Source: Candidatus Poribacteria bacterium (lineage in GTDB: Bacteria; Poribacteria; WGA-4E; PCPOR2b). Taken from it: a DNA stretch of 64,000 nt. Made by a program: the position numbers and the translations under genes. Location: the NCBI GenBank assembly GCA_965208325.1, contig OZ242326.1, forward strand, positions 3,808,001 through 3,872,000, given 5' to 3'. Under the pieces are notes generated by a model. That model was not told where the DNA came from. It did no database searches and saw only the letters and a program-made list of their open reading frames with translations. Of the stretch, positions 51,720-61,862 are shown piece by piece (position 1 is the first letter of the stretch; each line of letters opens with the position of its first letter).

Positions 51720-51870
51720 ATGGATGCTGAGACCGTCAAAAGCCAAGGGGTGGAATATGTTATACTACCGAGAGTAGAACACGAACAGCTCATTGAAGAT
51801 GCGGTGATGCTTAGCGACATTCGCTAGTTCCGTTAGGCAAAAACCGCTGACGTGGAAACCTACCCACTGA
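51720..51870 (+). pseudogene. Decayed antitoxin-like fragment
   Basis: MDAETVKSQGVEYVILPRVEHEQLIEDAVMLSDIR*FR*AKTADVETYP resembles N-termini of XRE antitoxins; two in-frame stops. Confidence 0.4.
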
Positions 51871-52023
51871 ATTGTGAAAATGTCGGGGATTCTCACGTTT
51901 TTACCGATTGAATCGGGTCGATCAAAAAAAGCCGGTAAGCTTGTCGCAACTGTCCACCCTTCATATTCGAGGATGCGCGAAAGATTAAGATGAATTCTTT
52001 CGCAGTTTTAGAGAGGTGCAATA

Positions 52024-52260
52024 ATGAGCCAAATTGTTGTAAATCCAGAAATTCTGGGTGGGAAACCGATTATCGAAGGCACTCGCCTGAGTGTAGAGCA
52101 TGTGTTAGGGTTACTCGCGAGCGGAATGTCCCACACAGAGATTTTTGAAGCCTACCCGGAGTTAAATGAAGAAAATCTTCAATTGGTGCTCGCGTATGCC
52201 TCTCGGGCACTCCGTGATGAGGTGATAATCGATCTCCCATTCACCTACGGCAAGGCTTGA
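52024..52260 (+). CDS. DUF433 family putative antitoxin
   Basis: IVVNPEILGGKPIIEGTRLSVEHVL...GMSHTEIFEAYPEL. Confidence 0.9.
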   Translation: MSQIVVNPEILGGKPIIEGTRLSVEHVLGLLASGMSHTEIFEAYPELNEENLQLVLAYASRALRDEVIIDLPFTYGKA

Positions 52261-52354
52261 CAATGCTACCCCGCGTGTGACTGACATAAACATTGAGGTT
52301 ACCATCAGACAGCAAATGAAAACTAATCGAGACTAAGCGAGAGCAAATCATATC

Positions 52355-52674
52355 ATGGCAGAATTTACCCTCAGTTCAGGAAACGTCTTTAAGGATTTAG
52401 GGCTCCTAAATCCCGACGAACGATTGGCGAAAGCCAAACTTGCACATGAGATTAATAGCTTGATTGCCGATCAGGGAATGACTCAAAAGAAAGCTGCGGA
52501 CTTTTGGGTATGAGCCGACACAAAATGACAGAGCTGAGAAACGGTCGATTAAAGAACTTCACCATTGACAATCTATTTTCTCTTCTCGGAAAACTCGATC
52601 ATCAGGTCGAAATCGGAGTTAGCCCGAAGTCAAGTCACGATATGCAGGAAACCATTGATGTTGCTTTTATTTGA
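52355..52674 (+). pseudogene. XRE/HigA-type HTH protein, frameshifted near 52503
   Basis: SSGNVFKDLG...LAKAKLA...MTQKKAAD, then a shifted frame GMSRHKMTELRNGRLKNFTIDNL; one T missing from a T run; not in the ORF track. Confidence 0.8.
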
Positions 52675-52964
52675 CGCTGTGTTAAACTTTTCAATCTCAC
52701 AAAATATCACAGCCAATGTAAAATTGGTGTGAGATTTTGTTGAATTTTGTGACGTTTTGTGACACCGGAGTTGTCAAAATCGCCGGTTATCGACATCGTC
52801 AAAAAACGCCGGATACTAGACCTAGACTAGCTTCAACCCGTAAGACCATGGGGAAACAACGTCCATTGCCGATGAAAATCGCCGAAATATGTGACATTCT
52901 GTGAGGTTTTGTGACATTGCACTTTTGAAACAGGTACACAGCGTTTCACACATCGTCGGTCGAC

Positions 52965-53795
52965 ATGACTGAAAACTACGTTTATCCCAATATTCGCCAG
53001 TCCGTTTGGATCCTGGTCCTATTCCTCGTTCTAGTGACCGTTTTAGTTGTTCCCTTGTACATTATTGAGACGGTTACTGAATTTCCGCTGTTAGAGCACC
53101 CCGTCGGCCTTATCTTTATTCAGCTTATTGCATACGGGTTAATTTTGACAAGAGGGATTAAACGAGCCAAAACCTCTCTCAGCGAAATTTGTCCGCTTGT
53201 GCCGGTAAGACTTTCCGTACTGTTACCCATGGCAATTACAGTAATCGGCACGTTTATCCTGCTTTCTGAAATAAATAACCTGCTACGGAGCTTCCTGCCC
53301 ATACCAACATCGCTCACTAGCTACGTTGAAAGTCTTGTGAGTGCAAGCCGTTGGGGAATCATTATTGCTATCGTAGTAGTTGCACCCGTGATTGAAGAAC
53401 TGTTATTTCGAGGATTAATACTACGCGGCTTTCTGAGTCATTATAGCACGCGAAAAGCTATTCTAGCTTCTGCCATATTGTTCGGGTTGCTTCACTTCAA
53501 TCCTTGGCAGTTTATTGGTGCCACTACATGGGGCATTCTATTCGCATGGTGGTTCGTTCAAACGCGCTCGATTCTCCCCTGCGTTTTTGGTCATGCTCTC
53601 GTTAATGCATTGGCTTGCACGTCACTTTTTCGATTGAAAACACCGGGCTTCATGGACGCATTCCGCCTTGGAGGGTGGCTAAACTTCCTCGCCTTCGTAT
53701 CAGCAGCGGCAGGAGTTTGGATCCTAATCCGTCAGTTTCGGAAATCGAGCGACACGGTTCCAGCAGATGTGTTTGGACATGAATCCAACGACTGA
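52965..53795 (+). CDS. CPBP (CAAX/Abi) intramembrane metalloprotease
   Basis: APVIEELLFRG, FGLLH, GHALVN. Confidence 0.92.
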   Translation: MTENYVYPNIRQSVWILVLFLVLVTVLVVPLYIIETVTEFPLLEHPVGLIFIQLIAYGLILTRGIKRAKTSLSEICPLVPVRLSVLLPMAITVIGTFILLSEINNLLRSFLPIPTSLTSYVESLVSASRWGIIIAIVVVAPVIEELLFRGLILRGFLSHYSTRKAILASAILFGLLHFNPWQFIGATTWGILFAWWFVQTRSILPCVFGHALVNALACTSLFRLKTPGFMDAFRLGGWLNFLAFVSAAAGVWILIRQFRKSSDTVPADVFGHESND

Positions 53796-54010
53796 AGATG
53801 GAAATGGTGCCTAATAGTGATTGTTTCGCCAATAATGTTTCGCTATAATGAACCGGTGGGGTTGCTGAAAGACAAATTAACTTGCGCCGACTCTGATTGC
53901 TATACTCCGTCCGTTGTCGCAAAACTTCACAGCCTATGAGAAACTCTTTCGATGCTCCTTAACCTCGCGCCTATCGAATAGTTCAGGTGTATCGCAATTT
54001 GGAGGTTGGC

Positions 54011-54361
54011 ATGACCGAAAACTCCCTTTACCCCAATATTCGCCAATCCGTTTGGATTTTCGTATTACTCACGATTCTGACGTTAGGCATAGGTATCATC
54101 CTCGGAATTCTTGAGTTTGCTATCCACGATCCACTGTTGGAGCACCCCGCTGTCATTGCATTGACGAATCTCGTCGCTTTCGGACTAATATTGGCGATGG
54201 GATTGAAACGCGCCAATGCGTCGTTGGGAGATATATGTCCGCTGGTGCGGATACCACTGACGCTAGTTTTCCCTATGGTCCTCACCGTGATAGGCACGGG
54301 CATCCTACTCTCCGAAATTGATAACCTGTACAATTTTTCCTGCCCATGCCAGTATTTTTAG
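54011..54361 (+). pseudogene. Truncated CPBP paralogue
   Basis: MTENSLYPNIRQSVWI...LLSEIDNL matches the N-half of 52965; ends at the family B repeat before the EExxxR motif. Confidence 0.8.
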
Positions 54362-54691
54362 TTCTTGTAGGTTGGGTTGAGCGGATTTTACCAAATGGTG
54401 TACAATTTCACGTTTTGCTCTAGAAGTCTAACGACGTCCAAGATCCGATGGACAGAGCGTAACCCAACGATCAACTGAGCGAATAGCGAAGGATCAACCG
54501 AGTGAATAACGAGGGCGATAGTCTTTTCTTGCCTTATCCGTATCGCTTCCGATAAACCAAAAGCTCCGTAATACCCAAAAGCGTTAGGTTCGCTACACCT
54601 TAACAATTTCAGCACATATTCAAATACCGATATCGATAGGGCATTTTTCGCGTCTTTCATTTAATCCGCTTAACCCAACCTACAAAAACTT
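54360..54691. repeat. Repeat family B, full copy, followed by a partial family A head (54694-54753)
   Basis: Same TIRs as 49637-49860. Confidence 0.9.
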
Positions 54692-54792
54692 ACGCGCTTC
54701 AGATTGAATTTTCCCGATCCATCAGGCGTCGAATGGCATTGCCAGACTCCACCTAGCAGGCGGTTATTATGCTTCCAAAAAGGAGATTACCG

Positions 54793-55284
54793 ATGAATAA
54801 TCAAAAAACAGAATTTACTAATTTTTTACTGGCGCTTGCCTACGTAATTGCATTTTTTACAATTTTGCTATTTGTTATCGGATTGATTGTCGCGTTTGTG
54901 GCGGGCGAATGGAGTTCCATCTGGAAGTTAACAGGAGCAGGCACGCTTATAGGTGTTGCAATTGCAGTTCTGTTTCTCATCGTAGGTGGAATTGGACAAC
55001 TAATAGAAAGGGGGTATGGTTTTCATTTATTGATGTTGGCACTTGGTTTATGTGCTTGTTATTTGTATATAAATGCCGAATTCGAGCCCCTGTCTGAATG
55101 GCAAAATCAATATCTAACTGGCAACGATGCGCCATCACAGTGGAAAGTTGGAGAATGGACAATTTTTAAGGCAGACCACCCCAGCGACGCACAAGAGTAT
55201 ATTCGTGATACATGGGAACAAGCCAAAACGAAACATGACAACAATTGGCTTAGACGCATGTTCTCGGACAATAAGGATAATTAG
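54793..55284 (+). CDS. Hypothetical membrane protein
   Basis: Three TM helices; AGGAG RBS; visibly AT-rich. Confidence 0.7.
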   Translation: MNNQKTEFTNFLLALAYVIAFFTILLFVIGLIVAFVAGEWSSIWKLTGAGTLIGVAIAVLFLIVGGIGQLIERGYGFHLLMLALGLCACYLYINAEFEPLSEWQNQYLTGNDAPSQWKVGEWTIFKADHPSDAQEYIRDTWEQAKTKHDNNWLRRMFSDNKDN

Positions 55285-55375
55285 ATACATTCGCTCCCTA
55301 CATCGCAATTGTCTAACGATGAGTTGCGCGCAATTATGGTGCAACTACGAGCACAACGTAGCGCGGAAGAACAGT

Positions 55376-55736
55376 AAGTTCTTGTAGGTTGGGTAGAGCG
55401 GATTTATCCAAACCGTTGCATTAACAGATTGCCGCTCCCAATTTCGAATTATGGTTTGTGGAATTTCAAGCGTAGCGAAACCCAACGCTTTTGAAAACTC
55501 CGGCAACCAAAACGACTACCAAACGAAAAATCCGTCCCGTTTACGCGAAAACTCCGCCGTTTTTCATTGTACCAATTATCATCGTATCGACCTTAACCCT
55601 CGCCTCTCCAAACGTCCCAAAAAGCGTTGGGTTTCGCTGAACGTGAGTTAACACCAAGCATGTTGCGTTTCTGGCGGTAAGAACTATCGCCCTCCCTATT
55701 CGGTCAGTCGATCGCTCTACCCAACCTACAAAGATT
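55376..55736. repeat. Repeat family B, full copy
   Basis: AAGTTCTTGTAGGTTGGGTAGAGCG...CGCTCTACCCAACCTACAAAGATT. Confidence 0.9.
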
Positions 55737-55812
55737 TTGCTTACCGCGACTTACGCCCTTTTTTTTATGGACTATAAAAACTGTAATTTTGTGTGTCCAA
55801 AAAAGAGGCAGA

Positions 55813-55841
55813 TTGACACCAAATTGCTTCTGACGTATAAT
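55813..55841 (+). promoter_or_regulatory. Consensus sigma70 promoter
   Basis: TTGACA-17 bp-TATAAT. Confidence 0.8.
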
Positions 55842-55898
55842 TGGTGAATCTAATGCGGCAATATGTACAATGCACACACCAATTATCGGAAGAAAATT

Positions 55899-56846
55899 AT
55901 GGAAACTCATGGCGTTTCAAGCGGCGACCTTGAATCCGCGCTCACGCATCTTTCCGAACACGGATACGCCGTCATTAAAGGCGTGCTTAGCGGCGACGAA
56001 ATCCAGCACTACCGAAGTCTTGCGGCGGAACTCTTTGCACGAGAGCGACACCATCCCTACGAGCCGGAAGACGGGCCTGCGTTGCTGGGAGATGCCGAGA
56101 TTGAAGTGTATCTAAAGGAGAGCTACCGAATTAGCGAGGCGGAACAGGCGCGGCTCATGCGTCGAATCCGGCATACACGCGCCCAAAACCGCGGCACGCC
56201 GTGGCCCGTCGCCCCTTCAGAGGTCGTTAAGAATTTCCTTCACCTGCCGACCCTGTTCGATTATGACCAGTCGCAGCGTATCTGGAACTTAGTTAACAAA
56301 GCCCCGGATATCGGAAAACTAATAGAACATCCGGCGGTGCTTTCGTTGGCGCGGGCGGTTCTTGGGGACGATTGCGTACTCGCCGACTGCAGCGCCACTA
56401 GTATTGGAGCGCACACCGGCGAAGGCGGGGCGTGGCATGTGGATGTGCCGCTCGGTCAGTTGCCGGAACCTCTGCCTGACTTCCCGCTGACCATCCAGAA
56501 CGCCTGGATGCTAGATGCGTTCACAACGCGCAACGGGGCAACTCAGGTTGTTCCCAAAAGCCATCGCACCCGCAGAAAGCCCGATTGGGGCGGGCAGCAG
56601 GAGGACGGGAAGATTCTGACGGGACCTGCCGGCTCGGTGGCAATCTGGCTCTCAAATACATGGCACCGGTCGGGGCCCAACGCAACCGGAAATCCCCGCC
56701 GGGCAATCCTCTGCTACTACTCCCGCTCATGGATAAAGCCGTTTACCGATTTTACATTGTGCCTAGACCCGGAAATCGCGAAAACTTTCTCACCGGGTTT
56801 GCGGTATCTTTTAGGATTTTCAGCCAACGCACCTGTGCGAGGATAG
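55899..56846 (+). CDS. Phytanoyl-CoA dioxygenase (PhyH) family protein
   Basis: GYAVIKGVL, WHVD, NGATQVVPKSH, WHRSGPN...RRA. Confidence 0.9.
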   Translation: METHGVSSGDLESALTHLSEHGYAVIKGVLSGDEIQHYRSLAAELFARERHHPYEPEDGPALLGDAEIEVYLKESYRISEAEQARLMRRIRHTRAQNRGTPWPVAPSEVVKNFLHLPTLFDYDQSQRIWNLVNKAPDIGKLIEHPAVLSLARAVLGDDCVLADCSATSIGAHTGEGGAWHVDVPLGQLPEPLPDFPLTIQNAWMLDAFTTRNGATQVVPKSHRTRRKPDWGGQQEDGKILTGPAGSVAIWLSNTWHRSGPNATGNPRRAILCYYSRSWIKPFTDFTLCLDPEIAKTFSPGLRYLLGFSANAPVRG

Positions 56847-56909
56847 GAGATTCAAGATTGCGTTATTCCAAAATCCATAAATATCTGATATAGGGAGTGC
56901 ATGCTTCGC

Positions 56910-57137
56910 TCATGGATGTGTTTCCGGATGACGGGCAAATTTATCCTCAAGCGAATCGCGCCGCTTGCAAATTCCGTCAATGTTTTTTCCTAGAGTGTCA
57001 TGCTCACGACTCAACTGCAATCTTAAATCGTCAATTCGCTTATTCACTCCATCGATCTCACGGACAATGATAAATCGGACTGACCCAATAATCGCTACAA
57101 TTGGCACAATCAACTGTATCCAATCAGCAGCCTGCAT
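56910..57137 (-). CDS. Small hypothetical protein (TM plus coiled coil)
   Basis: Hydrophobic N-terminus then EIDGVNKRIDDLR; GGAG RBS. Confidence 0.55.
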   Translation of the reverse strand: MQAADWIQLIVPIVAIIGSVRFIIVREIDGVNKRIDDLRLQLSREHDTLGKNIDGICKRRDSLEDKFARHPETHP

Positions 57138-57403
57138 TGTAAATCTCCGTTTTGCTCTCGGCATTAGAGTAATCAGTTGCTAGTCACATAATAACACACA
57201 TCGGGGGGCTTATCAAAACAAACGCCTACCAAGGGCACCGTTCACAAAAACCCACGGCTGAGCATCAGCCAACGGCGTCAGGGATACACTGGGGTGCAAG
57301 CGAATATTTGTTAGCAAGTTTAACCTCAATCTTTGTTATCTATCTCTATCTGTCAACTTCTACCGTGTGACATGAATCGCCGAACTTACGGAGGCACACA
57401 AAA

Positions 57404-57691
57404 TTGGATACACAAGCGATTCAATACCTCACTGAAATCCTGTCTGCGCTTGGAAAAGAGGCGGAGGAGTTTGAAAAGGAAGCCCGTTTGTTATTGGCGC
57501 TGAAATATTACGAAACTGGCAAACTCAGCACCGGACTCGCGGCTCAACTTGCCGGTGTGCCGAGCACCACCTTTATATTTCTTCTTGGCAGGCACGGTCT
57601 GTCGCCCTTTGGAGAAACACCTGAAGAGCTTGAAGAATCTTTCGAAAATGCAAGAAAAGCCAGTAATCGCCAACCCACACGGAGAGGATGA
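57404..57691 (+). CDS. UPF0175 family protein
   Basis: ARLLLALKYYETGKLSTGLAAQLAG...FIFLLGRHG. Confidence 0.85.
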   Translation: MDTQAIQYLTEILSALGKEAEEFEKEARLLLALKYYETGKLSTGLAAQLAGVPSTTFIFLLGRHGLSPFGETPEELEESFENARKASNRQPTRRG

Positions 57692-60626
57692 TGTCCGAAC
57701 GTTCCGCTGTCCAGAACCCGATGCTCAAATACGCCGCCGAGATTGGCTGGGAGGCTATCCCGGCATCGGACGCGCTGCCGATGCGCTGCGGCGATAAGGG
57801 GCTTTACTTTGCCGACGTGCTGGAAGCCCAACTGATGCGGTTGAACTGGGGCATACTGGACGAGACGCGCTGCAAGGAGATTGTTAGGCGGTTGAATCTG
57901 CTCAACCCGACGCTGGAGGGGAATCAGCGCGCGCTCTCGTGGCTGCGCGGAGAGCAGTCGATTTTTGTGCCGACTGAGAGCCGCGAGCGGAACGTTACCT
58001 TGATAGATTGCGAGGCGCCAGACAATAACCTGTTTCATGTGACCGATGAGTGGTGGCAGCGCGGCACAGTCCACCGAAACCGCGCCGATGTCGTATTCCT
58101 GATTAACGGGATTCCGGTAGCCGTGGTGGAGACCAAATCCGCGGGCAAAGCGGACGGATTGGCGGCGGGAGTGGAACAGATTCGGCGCTATCACGAGGAG
58201 ACACCGGAGATGTTCACCACCGCGCAACTGTTCGGCGTTACGCAACTATTGGAATTCTTCTATGGCGTCACCTGGAACGTCAGCCGGAAAAATCTGTTCA
58301 ACTGGAAAAGCAGCGTAGCCCCCCTGATAAGGGGGGTTGGGGGGTTGCAACACCAAGACTCATCTGATTCGGAGACCAGCGAGCCGGCAAACTACGAGGC
58401 GAAGGTCAAGACTTTCTTCGACCGAAAGCGCTTTCTGGGAACCTTGCGCGAGTCGATAATTTTCCAGAGCAGAGACGACGCGCTTACCAAAGTCGTGTTG
58501 CGCCAGCACCAGACCCGCGCCGTGGAGAAGGTTATCGAGCGGGTTTACGACCCGCACAAACGGCGCGGGCTGATCTGGCACACGCAGGGCAGCGGCAAGA
58601 CCTTGACCATGATTACCATTGCCTCGCGGTTGCTGCGCGGCGGCGGTGAGACGGAAAAGCCGACGGTGTTGATGATAGTCGACCGTAACGAATTGGAGAG
58701 CCAACTCTTCAAAAATATCGCCGGCTACGGCATCTCAACCCCTAAAGTCGCAGAAAGCAAGCATGACCTGCGGGAGATTTTGGCGTCAGATTACCGCGGC
58801 TTGATCGTGTCGATGATCCATAAGTTCGACGATATTCCGGCGAATATCAACACCCGCGAAAGCGTGACCGTGTTGGTCGACGAAGCGCACCGCACCACGG
58901 GCGGCGATCTGGGCAATTACCTGATGGCAGCGCTGCCCAATGCGACCTACATCGGTTTCACCGGCACGCCGATTGACAACCTCGCTCAAGGCAAGGGGAC
59001 GTTCAAGGTGTTCGGCGTGGATGACGAGAAGGGCTATCTGGATAAATACGCAATCGCCGAGTCCATTGAAGACGGTACCACGGTTCCGTTGAATTATGCG
59101 CTTGCGCCGTCCGAACTGCGGGTTGACCGCGAAACCTTGGAGCGGGAATTCTTAAACCTCGCGGATGCTGAGGGTGTCAGCGACTTGGAGGAGTTGAACG
59201 CAATTCTCGACCGAGCAGTTCGGTTGAGAGAGATGATGAAAGCCCCGGATCGGATCGATAACGTGGCAGTGTCTGCGGCGAAACATTTTCAGGAGAACGT
59301 TGAACCGATGGGGTTCAAAGCGTTCTTGGTAGCCGTCGACCGCGAGGCGTGCGCGTTGTACAAGACAGTGCTTGACAAACATCTACCCTCAGAATATTCA
59401 GAGGTGGTTTATTCCGATGACACTAAAGACTCCGCGCTCATGAAAGCGTATCACCGCAGCGGCGAGGAAGAGAGGGAGATACGCAAGAAATTCGCCGATA
59501 AACCGCTCACCCGAAAATTTTAATTGTGACCCAAAAGCTGTTGACAGGCTACGACGCGCCGATTCTCTACTGCATCTACCTGGATAAACCGATGCGCGAT
59601 CATGTGCTGCTGCAAGCCATTGCCCGTGTCAACCGGCCGTACGAGGATGACGACGGGTTGGTGAAACCTTATGGGTTCGTTTTGGACTATGTTGGCATTT
59701 TCGAGGATCTGGAAAAAGCCCTCGCCTTTGATTCGGACGTTGTGGAGAGCGTGATTCGGAATCTTGACGTGCTCAAGGAGGCCTTCGCCGAACGGATACG
59801 TGACGATGCGCAGGCGTATCTGCCCTTTGCCCGTGGTTGGGATGACAAGGCGAAAGAGCGGGCGATTGAGGGTTTCAACGACAAGGACGCGCGGGAGGCG
59901 TTTTACAAATTCTTCAGAGACACCCAAAACCTCTATAACATAATTTCGCCTGATTCCTATTTGCGCCCGTTCATGGACGATTATCAAGCGTTGGCATCGC
60001 TTTATAGTCTCATTCGGAACGCCTACGCTGACCGCATTTTCGTTGATAAGGAGTTGACCGCCAAGACGCGGGAACTGTTGCAGCAACATACGGATAGCAA
60101 TCGGTTTGAGATGCCGGGCGCGATTCAAGAATTGAACGCGGACACACTGAAGGAAATTAAGCAGAATTACAGTTCCGATACGGTGAAGGTGTTGAACTTG
60201 CGCAAGTTTTTGCAGAAGAAAATCATTGACGAAAGCCGGTCCAAGCCGTTTCTGATTTCGATTGGGGAACGCGCGGAGGCAATCACGGAGGTGTACGAAA
60301 ATCGACAGTTAACCACGCAGCAGGCCTTGATTGAATTTGAACAACTAGCGGAGGAATCTGAACGCGCTTCAAATGAGCGCGACGAACTGAATTTGGACGG
60401 AAACGCCTACGCTATTTATACGATTCTCAAGACCGTCACGGAAAACATTAACCCCGAGCGTGCGCGGGACCTAAATAAAGCCTTTGACCAGTTTCCCGAT
60501 TATCAGTGGGACGAACGCCAAAGGAGCAAATTGCGGAGCATGTTCTACGCAGCGTTGAGACCCATAGTTGGAACCGAAAACCTGATTGATGCGACAAACC
60601 AACTGCTGAGGCTGGAACGAGTATGA
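57688..60626 (+). CDS. hsdR: Type I restriction endonuclease subunit R, frameshifted near 59501
   Basis: RADVVFLINGIPVAVVETK, HTQGSGKT, DEAHR, GFTGTP, LLTGYDAP, QAIARVNR; one extra A restores DKTAHPKILIVTQK. Confidence 0.92.
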
Positions 60627-60979
60627 AGGGCGAAAGTATCTGGAACGATTCGGAGGATTTGAAAGCGGCGGTGCGGCAGTGGGCGGACCGCATCGGTGTG
60701 CAGGTGCGGGAGATACATCTGCGGGACATGCGGCGGAAATGGGCTTCAATATCGTTGAATGGGCGGTTGACGCTCAACACGGATCTCGTCAATCTGCCAA
60801 AGGCGTTGGGCGAGTATGTGATTGTCCACGAGCTTGTTCACCTCCTCGCCCCCAACCACGGTGTGCTGTTCAAGAGTTACATGTCCGCCTACCTCCCCGA
60901 CTGGCAAGACCGTCAACGCGCCTTACAAAAATCGCCTGATGTGCTCGGTGAGTCCTCCCCTTTTCGAAGGGGGAGCTAG
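60623..60979 (+). CDS. YgjP/DUF45 (M48-like) metallopeptidase domain protein
   Basis: MRRKWAS, EYVIVHELVHLLAPNH, PDW; common hsdR neighbour. Confidence 0.9.
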   Translation: MKGESIWNDSEDLKAAVRQWADRIGVQVREIHLRDMRRKWASISLNGRLTLNTDLVNLPKALGEYVIVHELVHLLAPNHGVLFKSYMSAYLPDWQDRQRALQKSPDVLGESSPFRRGS

Positions 60980-61039
60980 AGGGGGTTCGGCACAAATCAC
61001 ATATGCTATATCCGATAACCAATTTCGACCATGAATTTA

Positions 61040-61357
61040 TCAATATGTCAATATTTTAGCATGTTCTTCTGACGATATCCGAATGCTCACCTCACAGTTC
61101 AAGCGTTTCAGGAACCGCATGAGTCGCTCAACGCTATAGTACGAAAGTTTAGCGGCTTTAAGGCGGGCAATCTCGGGCTGTTTCACACCAAGCAACTTTG
61201 CTGCCTCTACTTGGGTTAGCTGGCGTTCCTCCATTATGCGGAAAATTTCCGCTCCTAACTCCGCCTTTAACATCTCTTCTTCAGCGACCTCATCGGGAAA
61301 ACCTAAATCCTTAAAGATGTTTCCGCTGCTTTGTTCTACCTTGATTCTATTGCTCAT
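61040..61357 (-). CDS. XRE/HigA-type HTH protein
   Basis: SSGNIFKDLG, LTQVEAAKLLGVKQPEI, YSVERL. Confidence 0.9.
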   Translation of the reverse strand: MSNRIKVEQSSGNIFKDLGFPDEVAEEEMLKAELGAEIFRIMEERQLTQVEAAKLLGVKQPEIARLKAAKLSYYSVERLMRFLKRLNCEVSIRISSEEHAKILTY

Positions 61358-61745
61358 GCGCCTATTTCTGCCTCCTTCGCTCGCCTAAAATTTCGTCAAA
61401 TCTAAATTTCATTATAACTAATCAGCTATATCTCGACAAGTACCAAAGTAATAATAAGATGCTTTTTCATTCATCATTGCCTCTGAGTCTAGCAAAGTAC
61501 AAAATTTCACAGTAAGGTTCCGCGTTCCCTCCGGCATAAATTGCAAAGAGTTCAGTCATAGCCTGAGTTCTCACGCTTTTTTTGTCAGTATCGAATTTGC
61601 GTCATTCCTCGGTTTACTGTGAAAACTGTGAAATTCTGTATGAGGCAACAAGATAATTTTACGCGTATTATCGCTTTCGCCGAAAACCCATTCCCCTTTC
61701 AAAATTCACCATTTCCCGCATCTCAATGGAAGCGTATCATACCAA

Positions 61746-61777
61746 AGAACCCGAGTTTTTTGGAAAACTCGGGTTCT
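61746..61777. repeat. Variant copy of the CCGAGTTTT/AAAACTCGG hairpin
   Basis: AGAACCCGAGTTTT-TTGG-AAAACTCGGGTTCT, 14-bp arms. Confidence 0.85.
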
Positions 61778-61862
61778 AGATTTTTCTCACCGTGGTGTAA
61801 ACTCAGAAGGAGGTTTTTCGTCATAAGAATGGACTCAAAAGAATAAAGGCATAATACACTGA

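Noticed and set aside
46386..54660. Short ORFs at 46386-46589, 49868-50095, 49573-49791 and 54388-54660
   Set aside because: They lie within family A or B repeats; their mutual similarity reflects the DNA repeat.
46072..55736. B/A repeats as a CRISPR array or integron attC sites
   Set aside because: Units are 200-350 bp mosaics with irregular spacing; I did not find an attC-type core arrangement, and there is no intI or cas gene.
18495..59523. Four frameshifts (AraD1-like ~18501, paralogue ~50605, XRE ~52503, hsdR ~59501) as programmed recoding or phase variation
   Set aside because: Each is fixed by adding one base in a short homopolymer and both halves look intact, which fits long-read consensus errors. 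Read remapping would decide.
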